Source of the DNA: Octopus sinensis | Lineage: Eukaryota | Reading direction: 5' to 3' | DNA length: 64,000 bases | Assembly (NCBI RefSeq): GCF_006345805.1 | Contig: NC_043005.1 | Location: forward strand, 12,958,001 to 13,022,000 | In this document: positions 49,781 through 64,000 of the stretch, one piece after another | Layout of the letters: each line of letters begins with the position of its first letter | Numbering within the stretch: position 1 is the stretch's first letter | Notes under the pieces: model-generated | Told to the model about the DNA's origin: nothing | What the model saw: only the letters and a program-made list of their open reading frames with translations | The model's database searches: none | Translations under genes and position numbers: made by a program

Positions 49781-50389
49781 TCAGGCATTTTATTAACCTT
49801 TTGTCTGGATAATTAAATTTCATTCTCGTAATGACATAAATCACCCTCTCCACAAAATAGAATTGATATTTTCTACTTCTGCAATACTTTTTCAGTATCG
49901 TCTGTAAGTACCTTTTCATATTCGCCACAAAAAGTATTCGATTATTGCTTCTTAAAGACTTATATAATGAAACATGTGAAAAACTAATAAAACCCGAAAA
50001 GTTATCTTTTGTTAAAATGTGTCATTGGTTGTGTCATCGTTTTTCTCACAGCATAAAAAAAGAGATTTTTGTTTTTTCAAAGCCGCTGAGTAAAACTGCT
50101 TTTCGCTGTTAACAGTAATAAACTTTTGAACGGATAAATCCGTTTCCGACGTTCGAATGTTTAACGATATTGTTTGGAGCAAGGAAAATTTTCGCTACTA
50201 TTTCCAGGAGGTTTCAATGATCGTGTAAAGACTCCGTCGTTGTTTTAACATCATTCAAGGTGGTTCAAGAAAGTTTACGGGCAGCCTAAGGTTATAGTTT
50301 CAATTTCATGTCATTAGATTATGCTGTCAAATCGAGAATTTAATGGTGGAATAAAGAAGTAATAGCCGACGGAATGAGCTAACCATTAA

Positions 50390-50644
50390 GCAGTAGCAGC
50401 AGCAGCGGCGGCAGCAGCGGCGGCAGCAGCGGCGGCAGCGGCGGCAGCGGCAGCAGCGGCGGCAGCAGCAGCGGCAGCAGCAGCAGCGGCAGCAGCGGCA
50501 GCAGCGGCAGCAGCGGCAGCAGTGGTGGTAGTAGTAGTAGTGGTGGTGGTGACGGTGGTGGTGGTGGTAGTAGTAGTGGTGGCGGTGGTGGTGGTGGTGG
50601 TGGTGGTGGTGGTGGTGATGGTGGTAGTAGTAGTAGTAGTAGTA

Positions 50645-50728
<84 letters not shown>
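50390..50728. repeat. Compound (GCA/GCG)-(GGT)-(AGT) array
   Basis: Direct reading. Confidence 0.95.
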
Positions 50729-50730
<2 letters not shown>

Positions 50731-51030
50731 CATCACAATCCTATCTCAGGTTTCGCTTGAATGTGTTTGCAGGCCAATTGCTGTTACTTTATAGGATAGT
50801 TCAGTTTGGCTGAGTTCACCTTCCTCTTTTGCTTCGGTAGGCAGAGACGGCTGATGTCTGCCTTAGGAAGGTGCATTTTATTAATCGTGAGTTTTCGTGT
50901 TTATCCATCCATTCCTTGAAGGTCCGATAGGTTTCGGTTGATGACACAGAAATCATATAGCACTACAGGTACAACTAAGATGTTGATAGCCTTGCTACGA
51001 TTTGTAAGTTAAGTTAATTTAGTTAAGTTA

Positions 51031-51590
51031 TTACAAATATCTTGGGTCATACATATCAAAGACTTTCTAACTAGAAAGGGTATGGCCTCGTCAGCCTGTA
51101 ATGACATGCATAAGATCTAGTCATCAAATCTAAGTAGAGACTTCAAACTTGAAATCTTCAAAGCCACAGTCGAACCAATTCTACTATATGGCTCAGAAAC
51201 CTGGACGTTATCAAAGAAGCTTGAGAAGCGGTTGGATGGAACCTACACTCGCCTCCTTATGAGAGCTCAAAATCTCTCGTAGAAGCGCCATCCAACCAAA
51301 ATGCAAATATATGGGAAACTACCACCTGTGTCATCTCTTGTGAAAGGTAGGAGAGTCCAGTTTGCTGGACATTGTTGTAGAGCTGAAAAAGAGGTAATTT
51401 CTACTCTTCTCCTCTGGAAGCCATCTACTCGCAATACCAGAGGGCGCACACTCTCCTACCCTGATGTAATCTCCAGGGATACAGGCATCCAGCAACAGGA
51501 CCTCCGTAATGCCATGATGGACCGTGAAGTCTGGCGTAGCATGGTAAATTCCATTGTCTCGACCACGGTCGAACAATGATGATGATAATA
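51031..51590 (+). mobile_element. 5'-truncated RTE-type LINE with (TGA)n tail
   Basis: KYLGSYI, ILLYGSETW, QFAGHC; flanked by agttaagtta (51021-51030, 51591-51600). Confidence 0.85.
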
Positions 51591-51600
51591 AGTTAAGTTA

Positions 51601-51895
51601 ATTTTTTTGCTCAAAAAGCAAAAAGCAAGGCCATGTAGGGGGACATGGAGTTATGTACAGGGAGGGTGTTCATGCAAAGAGTTCATGCCATTTCTGGTCA
51701 AGAGAGTCTTTGAACCGAGCGGTCGTCGGCATCTTCATTATCTCGTCCGGCAGCTTATTCCACGGATCCGCAACCCGGACGGAGAAAGCCCCTCTCCTTC
51801 GATTGAGATGAAATCGTCGCAGATAGAGCTTTTCGGAGTGACCCCGCAGCCGACACTCTGGAGCAGGAGTGAAGAACAGCTCTTTCGAGAGGTTA
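51601..51895 (-). mobile_element. CR1-type LINE 3' end
   Basis: LRGHSEKL..RRGAFSVRVADPWNKLP..FKDSLD, a typical CR1/L2 C-terminus. Confidence 0.8.
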
Positions 51896-52429
51896 CACTT
51901 TCCAGAATTGAGTTGAGTTTTCATGACCAGCCGTCTTACACTTTTCGGAACTTTTCCTGCATTTGAATAAGTTGGATTCTGTAGATATCTATATGTGCCC
52001 TCAGAATCCAATTTTTTAATAGAGGCATTTAGGTTACGTTTGATGGATGGTGTTCTCGTCAACGTTACTTTTTCACACTTACCAAATTCAAATTCCATTC
52101 TTATGTCGTTACTAAACTGCTTTATCGTTGTTTAAAGTCCTTCTAACATTTAGTTTCTGATATTCCGTTAAAAAAGAAACGATTGATTTTGTTGTTGTTA
52201 CTGATGTCTTTAGTTTGTGTCTGTACTCTGTGTTATTCAGTTTGCTAGAAAGCGAAAAGAGTACCATACAGAAAACGCGAGGCGAAAGACAGTAACATTT
52301 GAAAATTTTGATTTTGATTGACTACGTTGACTCCATTACTTTTGTTCAAAAAGAGAAGTTTCCGTTTTATCAAAGCATGTTGGAGAAAGACGGAGATTAC
52401 TGGAGACATCTTGGATATATCTAGGGTTT

Positions 52430-52810
52430 GTGGAGGCGCAATGGCCCAGTGGTTAGGGCAGCGGACTCGCGATCATAGGATCGCGGTTTCGATTCCCAGA
52501 CCGGGCGTTGTGAGTGTTTATTGAGCGAAAACACCTAAAGCTGCACGAGGCTCCGGCAGGGGGTGGTGATCCCTGCTGTACTCTTTCACCACAACTTTCT
52601 CTCACTCTTACTTCCTGTTTCTCTTGTACCTGTATTTCAAAAGGCCGGCCTTGTCACTCTCTGTGTCACGCTGAATATTCCCGAGAACTACGTTAAGGAT
52701 GCACGTGTCTGAGGAGTGCTCAGCCACTTACACGTTAATTTCACGAGCAGGCTGTTCCGTTGATTCGGATCAACCGGAACCCTCATCGTCGTAACCGACG
52801 GAGTGCTTCC
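52430..52810 (+). mobile_element. SINE C2 with 11-bp TSD
   Basis: TSD atctagggttt at 52419-52429 and 52811-52821. Confidence 0.92.
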
Positions 52811-53020
52811 ATCTAGGGTTTACAAAAGCCACAAACAGTGAACACTGTCGAAAGCTTTTAAGTAATTAATCCATGCAGTACTTAAGTCTGTATGCTTTGC
52901 ATCACAATTTTCTAAAATCATTTTGTTGATTCTCAGTAGGTCTTTTCCTCCATAGGAGTTCCATTTATCTCCTTTTTGTTTTTGTGGAATGGTGGTGTTT
53001 TCTTAAATAAAAATGTGCAT

Positions 53021-53615
<595 letters not shown>

Positions 53616-53884
53616 GAAACAAAAGAGAAAAAAAGATTCCTTCAGTAAGTATTGAAGTCAGAACTGAGTAAGTCGTGAGATGCAGGTTTATAGTCCTTCA
53701 GGTTTTTAATTTCTTGTGTTTTCAGTGTGGGTGGGGTATGCTGTGTCTTCTATGAACCAGTCAGGGATTCTTTCAGGATTTTGTACCGGTGCACTCATTT
53801 CTTTGGCTAATGCCTTGTGTGTTTCTGTAAATGTATTTAACCAATAATTTGGGTTTTGATCTGTCTCTTTTGACAACTTCCATA

Positions 53885-54287
53885 CTCTTACTCTTTTACT
53901 CTTTTACTTGTTTCAATCATTTGACTGCGGCCATGCTGAGCATCGCCTTTAATCGAGCAACTCGACCCCGGGACTTATTCTTTGGAAGCCCAGTACTTAT
54001 TCTATCGGTCTCTTTTGCCGAACCGCTAAGTGACGGGGACAGAAGCACACCAGCATCGGTTGTCAAGCAATGCTAGGGGGACAAACATAGACACACAAAC
54101 ACACACACACATACATATATATATCTATACATATATACGACAGGCTTCTTTCAGTTTCCGTCAACCAAATCCACTCACAAGGCATTGGTCTGCCCGGAGC
54201 TATAGCAGAAGACACTTGCCCAAGGTGCCACGCAGTGGGACTGAACCCGGAACCATGTGGCTGGTTAACAAGCTATTTACCACACAG
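53885..54287 (-). mobile_element. SINE B
   Basis: Reverse complement of the B consensus. Confidence 0.9.
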
Positions 54288-54577
54288 GTTAAGATCTTGC
54301 CTTTACTCTGCCGTTTCAACCTCAACTTCTTGACGTTGCGCCACATCTTTCGTCCTTTCATTTTCCTTGTTGATGCAACCTGCTTCCCCGTTGTGTTCTG
54401 TCCAGTTACGCTTGATGTTCTTCCAGAATTCCCCAGTTTCATTCGCATTAGGCGGATCTTATATTTCTATTGGTTATTTCCCCATTTATCTGTAAAATTT
54501 CTAGGCGTCTGTCTGGAAAATCTTGTTCTGTCAATAGAATTTACTTCGTTGCTCATAATTTTAACCCATTGTGCTTT

Positions 54578-54978
54578 GACTTTACTTGTTTCAGTCATTT
54601 GGCTGCGGCCATGCTGGAGCACCGCCTTTAATCGAGCAACTCGACCCCGGGACTTATTCTTTGGAAGTCCAGTACTTATTCTATCGGTCTCTTTTGCCGA
54701 ACCGCTAAGTGACGGGGACAGAAGCACACCAGCATCGGTTGTCAAGCGATGTTGGGGGGGGGGGGACAAACACAAACACAAACATACACGCACACATACA
54801 TATATATATCTATACATATATACGACAGGCTTCTTTCAGTTTCCGTCTACCAAATCCACTCACAAAGCTTTGTTCGGCCCGAGACTATAGTAGAAGACAC
54901 TAACCCAAGGTGCGACGCAGTGGGACTGAACCCGGAACCATGTGGTTGGTAAGCAAGCTACTTACCACACAGCCACTC
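54578..54978 (-). mobile_element. SINE B
   Basis: Reverse complement of the B consensus. Confidence 0.9.
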
Positions 54979-55285
54979 TGACTTGCATACGTTGTTTTAG
55001 GATCTCTTTGATAATAGAAATACTTTGATCATCTGTTATTTTGTACTTTCTGTTAACTTTCTTACTTTTCTACTTTCGACATTTATTCCCTTCGAAAGTT
55101 CAACAATCGACAATTCCCCTTCTCAGATGTTTTATTTATTTTTTATTTTGACATTCCACTTTGGTTGTTTGTTGACATGTATGTTCTCGTTTTCTTGAAA
55201 ACCAATTTGTTGGCTCATAGCCCTTGCCATAGAGTTTACAAGGATACTGATGGTTATCAGATCATTTTCAACTTCTCTTAGTGGA

Positions 55286-55440
55286 AGCACTCCGTCGGTT
55301 ACGACGACGAGGGTTCCGGTTGATCCGAATCAACGGAACAGCCTGCTCGTGAAATTAACGTGTAAGTGGCTGAGCACTCCACAGACACGTGTACCCTTAA
55401 CGAGTCCGCTGCCCTAACCACTGGGCCATTGCGCCTCCAC
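55286..55440 (-). mobile_element. SINE C2 with a large internal deletion
   Basis: C2 tail joined directly to the 5' tip of the head. Confidence 0.8.
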
Positions 55441-55563
55441 TCTTCTCTTAGTATTTATTTCATAGCTGCATTATGCATTTTAATCTTCTATGCGCTTATC
55501 TTATTCTTTTGGAATCTTGGCAGCTGGTTTCTGTCCTTCATTTCAATGCATAGTATTATAGTC

Positions 55564-55865
55564 GAGTGGAAGCACATGGCCTAGTGGTTAGAGCAGCGGA
55601 CTCGCGGTCGAGGGGTCGCGGGTTCGAATATCAGACCGGGCGATGTGTGTGTTTTTGAGCGAAACACCTAAGCTCCACGCAGCTCCGGCAGAAGGCAATG
55701 GCGAACTTCTGCTGACTCTTTCGCAAGAACAACTTTCTCTCACTCTTTCCTCCTGCATCTTGCAGCTCACCTGCGACGGACCGGCGTCCCGTCCAGGTAG
55801 GGAACCTATACGCCGAGGAAACCGGGAAACCGGCCCTTATGAGCCAAGCGTGGCTCGAGAAGGAA
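55564..55865 (+). mobile_element. SINE C1-like subfamily with 15-bp TSD
   Basis: TSD catagtattatagtc at 55549-55563 and 55866-55880; B-box ggttcgaat. Confidence 0.88.
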
Positions 55866-57184
55866 CATAGTATTATAGTCAGATCTCAAACGATATCTTC
55901 TTTGGCTGCGGCCAATTCTTTCTTATGTCTTTCGAGATGTAGGATATCATCTTCATTGCCTACATTTTCTGGGACCTGGTTGTTATCTTAATGCTTTCGT
56001 AGTTTCTGTTTCATTTACTCGCTCATAGGTTTTTCCTATCATGTTGTGGACAGCTACTACAGGTATGCTAGCATTGCTTGTTTCGTTTTGTAACATTTCC
56101 TCATGCACTTAGATGGTTCGCACCCTTATTACATCTAGTTCAGCTGATCCCTACGTCTACTGCCTAGCTTATTGGCATTCATATATACTCGTGTGCTTTC
56201 GCCTATTTTACTTTTTCGATTCATTGTATACCTGTTCGGTGATATTTTACTGTGGCCTATTAAGTGCCGTGTAAAATACTTATATTTAGTTTTTTTATAA
56301 TCTTCTCGTATTCATTTCTGCTTTTACTTTTCTTTTATTTCTGGAATTATTTTAAGGTGGGTTATCCAACGGTTTCGGATTGGGGATTTACTGGTTCTGA
56401 TGATTGTTTAGACTATTATTTTAAGACTTTGCTCCAGAGTTCAATTTTTTTAATAACCCTATCTTCATGCATCATTACATATCCCTTGGTAACCGACGTG
56501 ACCGATAAGGCGGTATGATTAGTGTAATTTACACTACATATGATATTTATGATTTCATTTGATCCTTACTGGGAACTGAAGTTGTTTCTGCAACCACACT
56601 AGAGTGGTTAGCTTAAGGAAGCTCATAAAAGCCTGTCTTTCTTCATCTAAACAGGACCAACACCAGTATTTTATACCAGAAAACTAAGAATAGAAAGGCG
56701 GATTGATATCAGGAGTCCTGTATGTTGTCAAGTTTGCATGAAGAGGCCCAGTGGGGATGGACTTGACCTCCTTCATCGACATAGATTTTTTCTCCCTAAA
56801 ACCAGCCTGGCATTTTATGAATTAGGCTTTTCGTAACCCCGGAAAGTGGGTGTAGAGAGGGAAGTGCTACTTCCTAGGGAATTTGTGAAAAGATGCGTTA
56901 GAGTGAATTACTGACCCTACACTGAGCGCATGCACCTGTATGTTGGAGAACAACAATTGGGTGAGGGCGTGTGCTTTTGGTGCTGAAAGTAACCCTGGTT
57001 CTGTAGTGATCCTTGATTAGCCCTAGCTGGAGTTTCTCCTGTATTAGGGGAACTACATCATTCATGTTATCGTATACTTTGTATACGATGTATACTTTTA
57101 TCACAATTTCAATGGCTTTTCCATTTTTCTCCTTATCTTATATGTCAACCGCCACTCAAATTGTTGACTGTCTTTGTGATGTTC

Positions 57185-58660
<1,476 letters not shown>

Positions 58661-58839
58661 ATTACATCAACGCTTTTAACAAGAACGTCGACGGAAGAAT
58701 GAAACGTATGTACATGAGAGACTTCACCTAATTGCAGCGTATAAAACGTGCTTCAGGTGCCTTCCTTGAAAGTTACAAATGTTCTTTTTATTCCCCTGTT
58801 ATTACAGAATTTAGTTGAACAGGATTGCAGAGAAGGTGA

Positions 58840-59226
58840 GAAAGAAAGGAACAAAGAAAGAGAGAAAGAAAGAGAGAAAGAAAGAAAGAAAGAAAGAGAA
58901 GGAAAGAAAGAAAGAGAAAAGGAAAGGAAGAGAAAGAGAAAGAAAGACAGGAAAAAGAAAGAGAGAAAGAAAGAGGAAAGGAAAGAAAGCGAGAGAAAGA
59001 GAAAAGGAAGAGAACAGAAAAAGAAGACAGGAAAAAGAAAGAAAGAAAGAAGAGAAAAATAGAAGGAAAAAGAAGGAAAAGAGAGAAGAGAGAGAAAGAG
59101 AAAAGGAAAGAAAGAAAAAAGAAGACAGGAAAAAGAAAGAAAGAAAGAAAGAGAAAAATAGAAGGAAAAAGAAAGAGAAAAGGAGAGAAAGAGAGAGAAA
59201 GAGAAAAGGAAAGAAAGAGAAAGACA

Positions 59227-59257
<31 letters not shown>

Positions 59258-59260
59258 GAA

Positions 59261-59322
<62 letters not shown>

Positions 59323-59330
59323 AGGAAAGA
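58840..59330. repeat. Near-pure purine strand (AAAG/GA) with internal block repeats
   Basis: Direct reading. Confidence 0.95.
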
Positions 59331-60084
59331 ATATGGTCTCCAGAATTACGCCACAGAAACTATAGAATTAACAGGACAGAAATAATAAGTAATATAAAAC
59401 AAAAATGGCGAACAATTCCTTGTGTAATAAACTCATATTAGGATAGGTGGCAGGTCTGTAATTCATACACGATTGCCGTCAACATGGCGAGATGATGAAA
59501 ACACACATGTTAAAAACAAATAATCATATCCATTCACATACACGTTACACATATATGTGTGTGTGTGTGTGTGTGGTGTGTGTGTGTGTGGTGTGTGTGT
59601 GCGTATGTGTGTGCTTGATTTGTGCTTGTGTGGAAATATGTGTGGGTATGTCTGTTATGTAACGAAGAAGAAATGGGTAATAAAGACCATATTGTCGGAT
59701 GAATGGTTTTTCTTTTAATAGACTGATTGCTGTGGATGATTACCGTTGTTTTCAGGCAGACACTTAACAATTTTTCAATCTACGGTTGAACATTTGCTAA
59801 AGTTGAGCATGAAACCATTGGTGCTGCTTTAACACCAATTATTCTGCTAAAATCTCTGTGTGTCTCTTTGTGTGTATATATCTATATGTGTGTATGTATG
59901 TATGCATGTATGTATGTATGTATGTATGTATGTAGTATGTATGTATGCATGTATGTATGTATGCATGTATGCATGTATGCATGTATGTATGTATGTATGT
60001 ATGTATGTATGTATGTATTATGTATGTATGTATGTATGCAGTTTCCGTTTGTATGTGTGTCATGAGTGGCTGTGTGGTAAGAAG

Positions 60085-60240
60085 CAGAATCGTTAGCACG
60101 CTGTGAGAAATTCATAGCAGTATTTCGTCTGCCGTTACGCTCTGAGTTCAAATTCCGCCGAGGTCGACTTTCCCTTCCATCGTTTCGGGGTCGATAAATT
60201 AAGTACCAGTTACGCACTGGGTCGATGTAATCGACTTAAT
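60085..60240 (+). mobile_element. SINE A following a SINE B head tip
   Basis: gtggctgtgtggtaagaa|gcagaatcgttagc. Confidence 0.8.
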
Positions 60241-60292
60241 TATTTACATTATTATTATGATCGAACGCCACGCATCCTCTTCTAAGTAAGTT

Positions 60293-60340
<48 letters not shown>

Positions 60341-60356
60341 ATATATATAATATATA

Positions 60357-60404
<48 letters not shown>

Positions 60405-61119
60405 TAGTATGTGTTATTCTCTTTTCTTGCCTCTGATTCTTCCCCCGCCTTATTTGCACCGTTATTTCTATTGCTGTGCCAATCCTGTTTCTTCTCCCCT
60501 CCCTTATTACTCCCTTCGCTCTCTCTCTCTCTTTCCCCTGGTGCCTTCGTCCCTTTCTTTCCCTCTCTCTTTGATTCCTTGCTCCCTGCCTTTCTTTTTT
60601 CTTTCTCTTTCTTCCGTGCTCTCACGTGACCGCGTTCAAACTGGTCACTTCGGCCTGACTCGGCCACGCCCACGTTGTTTTCGTTTTTGCCGTTGAAGGC
60701 TTTTTTTCATTTACGCCAGCCAAGATAAGTTAAAAATTGTCTAAAGTCGTAAGACGCTCCTGTCCTTGTACTGTCCACCTTCGTGTTTTTTATTGCTGTT
60801 TTTTATATATAATTTTGTTTCTTGTATTTACATTCGTGTGGCATCCTGTCTTTGTTCCGTATACATTCGACCCTCTTTCCAAGAAATCCAATGCCTGTGG
60901 CTTGGATTTTCCTTGGGGCTGGCCGGATCGGAGTTATATCGAGATTAAACAGTCGAAATTACTAAAATGATCCGGTTCCCGACTGAAGATTAGAGGCTTC
61001 GAGTGACCCGTCTGTTTTTTTGTGTCGTCTCCTTGTGTGTTTTTGCGTTCTTGTTCCACTTTGTAATTTATATTTTATATTAAATTCTATACATATATAT
61101 ATATATATTATATATATAT

Positions 61120-61197
<78 letters not shown>

Positions 61198-61251
61198 CGA
61201 ACATAGAGACAGACGACAGACATCTGCATCGATGGGTGTGTGCCTGTGTTG

Positions 61252-61283
<32 letters not shown>

Positions 61284-61679
61284 GGGGAGAGAGGGAGAGA
61301 AAGAAAAGGAAAAAGAGGATGAGAGTGGTCGCTTTGATTGCTATGGTAACATTAAAACCTAATACAGGATGTTCCATCGTCTGGTCGTCGGCGACGAAAA
61401 ACACTCTCTTGCCATGCCATGGCTGGTCTGGTGAAGAGATTTTATCAGCAACATCAGACACCAAACAAGAGAAAAATTAAACTTGTCATAAGGACAGATG
61501 TACTTGAAATAAGATGACCGATTATTCATCAACAGCCATGAGATACAAAAAATACTGGAGACTGACAAATGGAAGTGATTAGAATCCCCTAATAATCTGA
61601 GTTAACAACAGATTATTTGACACGTTAATCTAGTTGCGTTTGTCTTACTTCGTAAGAAGTATCTTCTATCTCTTATGTT

Positions 61680-62098
61680 TCACTTGCTGCAGTCATTAGA
61701 CTGCGGCCAGACTTGAGCACCACCTTGAATTTTTAGTAGAATGAATTAACCCCAATACTTATTTTTTTAAGCCTGGTATTCTTCAATCGTTGTTTTCTTT
61801 AGCCGGACCGCTAAGTCACGGGGGAGGTGTGCAAACGTAACCGACACTGGCTGTCAAACGGTTGCGGGAGGGGGAGTGGAATAGACACAGACAGATAGAC
61901 ACACACACATACACACACACACTCTCACACAAGCTCTCTCTCTCTCTCTCTCAAACACACACACACACACAGAGTTTCCGTATACCAAATCCACTCACAA
62001 GGTTTTCATCGGCCCAGGATATAGTAGAAAAACACTTGCCCAAGGTGCCACGCAGACTTCGGTTGGGAAGCAAACTCTTTTACCACACAGCCGCGCCT
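61680..62098 (-). mobile_element. Diverged SINE B-like copy
   Basis: ccaaatccactcacaagg and cacttgcccaaggtgccacgcag motifs. Confidence 0.7.
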
Positions 62099-62107
62099 GA
62101 AGTATGT

Positions 62108-63435
62108 TTGGTATTATATAGTGCGGCAAGCTGGCAGAAGCGTTAGCACGCCGGGCGATGTGCTTAGCCGTATTTCGTCTGTTGCTACGTTCTGAGTTCA
62201 AATTCCGTTGAAGTCGACTTTGCCTTTCGTCCTTTCGGGTCAATAAATTAAGTACCAGTTGCGTACTGGGGTAGATCTAATCGACTGGCCCCTTCCCCAA
62301 AATTTCGGGCCTTGTGCCTAGAGTAGAAAAGAATCGTTAGAGGTCGGACAGACAACTTTGCGGCATTTCCTCTGGCTCTTTACGCCCTGAGTTCAAATTC
62401 CGCCGAGATCAACGTTGCCCTTCATTCCTTTTAGGGTCAATAAAATATATATCACTTGAGTACTGGGGTGGGTGTTATCGATTCCCTCTTCCCCCTAAAA
62501 TTCCTGATCGCGTGCTAAAATATGAAATCATTAAAGGGCAACAACGCTGCTACAATCGCTAGCGAGTCGTCAGACAAAATGTTTAGTGGCGCTTCTACCG
62601 GTTTTTTTCCGTTCTCAGCTCAAATGTCATCGAGGTCAATTTTGCCTTTTATCCCTTCGGAGGATAAAAGGCAAAATCAAATACTGGGTCGTTGGGATCG
62701 ATTACACACCGCCTTTAAAGTTACTGGCCGCTAAGCATTTCGTCCGGCATGCTAACGTTTCTGCCAGCTCACCGCCTTTATTCTTTTCTACTCTAGGCAC
62801 AAGGCCCGAAATTTTGGGGGAGGTGGCCAGTCAGTTAGATCGACCACAGTATGCAACTGGTACTTAATATATCAATCCCGAATGGCTGAAAGCAAAGTCG
62901 ACCTCGGCGGAATTTGAACTCAGAACGTAAAGACAGACGAAATACCCATTTCTTTACAACCCACAAGGGGGTAAACACAGAGAGGACAAACAAGGACAGA
63001 CAAACGGATTAAGTCGATTATATCGACCCCAGTGTGTAACTGGTACTTAATTTATCGACCCCGAAAGGATGAAAGGCAAAGTCGTTCGCGGCGGAATTTG
63101 AACTCAGAACATAATGACAGACGAAATACCTATTTCTTTACTACCCACAAGGGGCTATACACAGAGAGGACAAACAAGGACAGACAAACGGATTAAGTCG
63201 ATTATATCGACCCCAGTGCATAACTGGTACTTAATTAATCGACACCAAAAGGAGGAAAGGCAAAGTTGACCTCGGCAGAATTTGAACTCAGAACGTAGCG
63301 GCAGACGAAATACCGCTAAGCATTTCGCCCTGCGTGCTAACGTTTCTGCCAGCTCGTCGCTTTTATTATTTTCTACTCTAGGCACAAGGCCCGAAATTTT
63401 TGGAGAGGGGGCCAGTCGATTAGATCGACCCCAGC
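62108..63435. mobile_element. SINE A cluster: A1(+), two old A(+), then A trimer(-) at 62779-63360 and an A1 tail(-)
   Basis: Junctions gacgaaatac|c(c/t)atttc at ~62947 and ~63130. Confidence 0.9.
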
Positions 63436-64000
63436 CTTTATTGTGAAACCAATATTGGACAAACTTCAGTAAGAAGACCTCATACATAATATCGATTGCA
63501 ATCGTTTAGAAAATCGATATCGATCTGTGCGGATCTTAGATCCCTACAATACTAACATGCATCATTTTGTGCTGTGTATGGTACACTGTGCAAAAGTTCA
63601 TGTTATATAATTAGAAGTGGTGTAGGCTTAATTTGAACCCACTCTAATTAGAATATAATGCTTGTACGGGGTTTGCTGCTGTAGCAAAACTTCAAGATTT
63701 TATGCTTTGTTGCTGAACTCTCACACGTCATCTTCGGGAGGAAGTCCATCAATATGTGTATGTGCGCGTGCGCGTAGTATGTGTGTGTTCTCGTGTGTGT
63801 GCGCGCATGTATGCGTATGTGCATGAGTGTATGTGTGCGTATGTGCGTATGTGTGTATGTGTGTGTAAGTGTGTGTATGCGTGTATGTGTGTGAATACGT
63901 GCATGTATGTGTGTGTATGCGCGCGTTGTATGTATGTGGGTGTACACGTGTGTGTGTGTGCGCGCTCGTGTGTATACGTATGTGCACGTATACGTGTGTG

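Noticed and set aside
50386-50736. Poly-Tyr/Thr/Ala ORF
   Set aside because: Compound triplet repeat with no unique coding context.
51670-52098. 142-aa ORF as a novel gene
   Set aside because: Chance in-frame fusion of a Dong RT fragment and a CR1 3' end.
54030-54890. 286-aa ORF
   Set aside because: Reads through two antisense SINE B copies and antisense Dong sequence.
56780-57180. Possible minus-strand RLE-LINE remnant
   Set aside because: Too degenerate to recover diagnostic motifs by eye.

Overview
AT-rich eukaryotic DNA dense in microsatellites and tRNA-derived SINEs. The repeat landscape looks like a cephalopod (Octopus-type) genome; that is inferred, not proven. Only one host coding segment is supportable: a >=3.58 kb minus-strand exon (3579 to the left edge) encoding a disordered protein with ~95-aa repeats, Cys heptads and a 14/28-aa (R/K)RES array, interrupted by six small indels that sum to zero. 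The rest is transposon-derived: a full-length but broken RTE LINE with TSD, many R4/Dong-type (RLE) LINE fragments tied to (TAA)n arrays, a 555-bp non-coding (TAA)n-associated retroposon, four tRNA-SINE families (my labels A-D), CR1, Gypsy and mariner/Tc1 remnants, MITEs, a Helitron and a 100-N gap. The most unusual candidate is a composite element joining a tRNA-like Pol III head, an (AAT)n spacer and a Penelope-type minimal hammerhead ribozyme, with an inverted hammerhead copy at its 5' end (14790-16108). Further hammerhead remnants occur near 35.0 and 47.5 kb. All homology calls are by eye; no database searches were run.
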